Below are positions 62,001 through 64,000 of a DNA stretch of 64,000 nt, piece after piece; the stretch's first letter is position 1, and the number at the start of each line of letters is the position of its first letter. Source of the DNA: Antedon mediterranea (lineage: Eukaryota; Animalia; Echinodermata); NCBI RefSeq assembly GCF_964355755.1, contig NC_092678.1, positions 20,663,365 through 20,727,364 of the forward strand. Reading direction: 5' to 3'. The notes beneath the pieces were generated by a model. It saw only the letters and a list, made by a program, of their open reading frames with translations. It did not search any database and had not been told where the DNA came from. The translations under genes and the position numbers were made by a program.

Positions 62001-63256
62001 TGTTTGTGTCATTGAACAAAAAAAGTTGATGTTTGAGATGTTTAAGTGTGTTGAATTACAATACAGGTGAAACATACTGTATATTTACTGCTAACAAAAT
62101 AGAGAAAAAAATGTTACCATAGTTTTAAATTACCGAGTCTCTGGCATATTCATATAATTCTAGTCACTAATATAGTATAATTATATTTATTCATTTCATC
62201 AAAATTAAGCCATAACGACTGTTTGATTACAATTAAAAAATGAATAAATAAAAAATTTCTTTAGCAAGAGAGAATATTGTTGTCTTCTTTTCTCTTTCCT
62301 TCTTTTCTTTCTTCTATATTGAAAAAAAATTGAAAAGAATACAAAAGGGTTTTTTTTTAATACACTTATTGTATTTTACTACAAAACAGAAAGTTGAAAA
62401 GGAAGGAAAGAAATATAGAATGAAAAATCAAGGCTTCAATACGTTAGCCAAATTTTATAAGAGGGTATGTGCCAATATAACCAATTATGTTTAGGTTTTA
62501 AAAGATATCCAAGTATGTTATGTTTTAAAAAAGATATCTCTTTTAACCATATAATTGTACATACATGTTCTAAACACATTTTAAAATATGTAATCTTTGT
62601 ATAGCCTTGTCAGAAATGGAATAATGAATAAAAGTGGGCTAAACCCACGAAAGAGAAAAAAAACTTTAGTCACTAATATACCGTATTGTCTATCTATTCT
62701 TTAAAAACCAAGACACAGAACTCTGGAAGACGGTTTAAAGGATGCTGGATTAGAAGAGATGTATCAGGCCTAACTTGTAAAACTAGGCCCACAGTACGTG
62801 GTTTGTTAGAAGTATGGCCCGTTCAAGCTTAGTTATTTACCTGGGTAAGTTAATCTCAGAGATGTAGATCTATACTTGTAAAACGTGGTTTTCTAGAATA
62901 ATGGCCCTTTCATGATGAGTTATTTACTCGGGTAAGTTTGTTTCAGGCACGGTTATCGCCACCTTTAGTGGGATATAATGGGTCATACCACCGGGAAGAT
63001 AACTAAGCCTGGATCTGCCGGTAGAATTACCTTCTCTGAATGCGTGTTCCTTTTGTAGCGTCGCTATCACATCGTCCTGCCGAGAAATTTTCTCAACAGC
63101 GTCATTCAAGTCTTTTCGTAAAGTTGCAACAGTTTCTGATAAGTCACGGACGTCAATAACCAAATCAGGAGTGTTTTTAGCCCGTTTACAATGAACTAGT
63201 ACGGCACTTAAAAGAACGAGGACTAAACTTGGTTGTATGCTTATTTCTAGCTTCAT
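59008..63256 (-). CDS. Secreted coiled-coil C-type lectin domain protein B (about 214 aa)
   Basis: Exons 63256-63031, 60831-60599, 59193-59008 (TGA); 645 nt, in frame; same intron phases (1, 0) as lectin A. Signal peptide MKLEISIQPSLVLVLLSAVLVHC, short coiled coil, CTLD C...GWWRFDKSCYWF...WWIGC...RPT...RCLQ...TDTQC...FVCE. Confidence 0.88.
59746..59890. mobile_element. Harbinger MITE, family B
   Basis: AGCTTGCTTCCCACTAGGACGCAACGC...GCGTTGCGTCCTACTGGAAACCAAGCT. Confidence 0.8.
61015..61119. mobile_element. Harbinger MITE, family A (short)
   Basis: TTA|AGCTCTGTGTACACTGTCAAAC...TTTGATAGTGTAGACAGAGCT|TTA. Confidence 0.8.
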
Positions 63257-64000
63257 TTTCAAGGTATTTTTTAAATTCTGCCTATATGAGTCTATGAGTG
63301 GTTACCGGACGGTGAACGCTCTCTTTAAATCAGAATATATTCCCGTTTTTCAATATATAGCTTTCTGGTCTTCTGTCCTGACAATTAATTTTTGGTTCAA
63401 TATACAATGATTCTTTTCCAGTCCGGCTCCTTGTCACTAATAGTTACATATTCTCAAAGTTGAACGGTAGCGGTACAATAAAATTCTCAAAACAGCATCT
63501 TGTGTCAAAGTGGTTTGAGAAGACGTGTATACGTTTAAAAATCTCTACTAGGCCTATTCTTATTGTGCAAAACTGAAAATATAAGTAGGCCTATGCACTT
63601 TATAATCGTGTAAAACGCAAAGTAATATTCACAACGCTAATATAAAACATTTGAAATCCACTTCTTTGAATTGAAAATTACAATGTAAGTATCTCCCAGA
63701 GAAACCATTAAACCGTTCGAATAATGTATGTCAACATGCCTGCGTTTCGTAGGCGCACGACTCTCGTTATAAGTGTATCAGCGTTATCAAAAAAAATGTC
63801 ATACAATAAACAATTGCATTACCGTTCTGTTAAAATTGAATTTGTATTGTATGGGTATATTTCAGATTCAAATATATGATTATACAATTGAACAGTCTTC
63901 TTCTTCTGTTGCTGTATAAAGGCAGACGGTAAAGAAGATAACTTGCGATATTTTTGTACAGTAAATAAACGCAAAATGATATAGCGTAAATATCTTCCGT

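Overview
AT-rich, intron-rich animal genomic DNA. The Deu/Nin-core SINEs, TAGGCCTA-rich first introns and gene content suggest an invertebrate deuterostome, probably an echinoderm (inference). Seven spliced genes were reconstructed by hand with phase-consistent splice sites. (1) The 3' part of a KMT2E(MLL5)/SETD5 SET-domain gene (+, 238-12980), with one GC-AG intron. (2) A kinase-less, death-domain-only paralog of IRAK4 (+, 17330-19609). (3) A full-length IRAK4 directly downstream (+, 20952-27232). (4) A PFKFB bifunctional enzyme (-, 33406-48269) with alternative first exons. (5) A CHST8-14-family sulfotransferase (+, 48865-52165), head-to-head with PFKFB. (6, 7) Two tandem secreted coiled-coil C-type lectins (-, 53411-56524 and 59008-63256) that share a non-canonical RPT/xTD ligand site. 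Non-coding DNA holds Harbinger, pogo, Academ-like and Ginger-like non-autonomous transposons, Helentron-type HINEs, tRNA- and 5S-derived SINE-like sequences, a 197-bp doubly palindromic satellite and several minisatellites. The most interesting candidate system is the intact DD-only IRAK4 duplicate with kB-like promoter sites, a possible independently evolved Tube-like adaptor or Myddosome decoy. All calls are by eye; no database searches were run.
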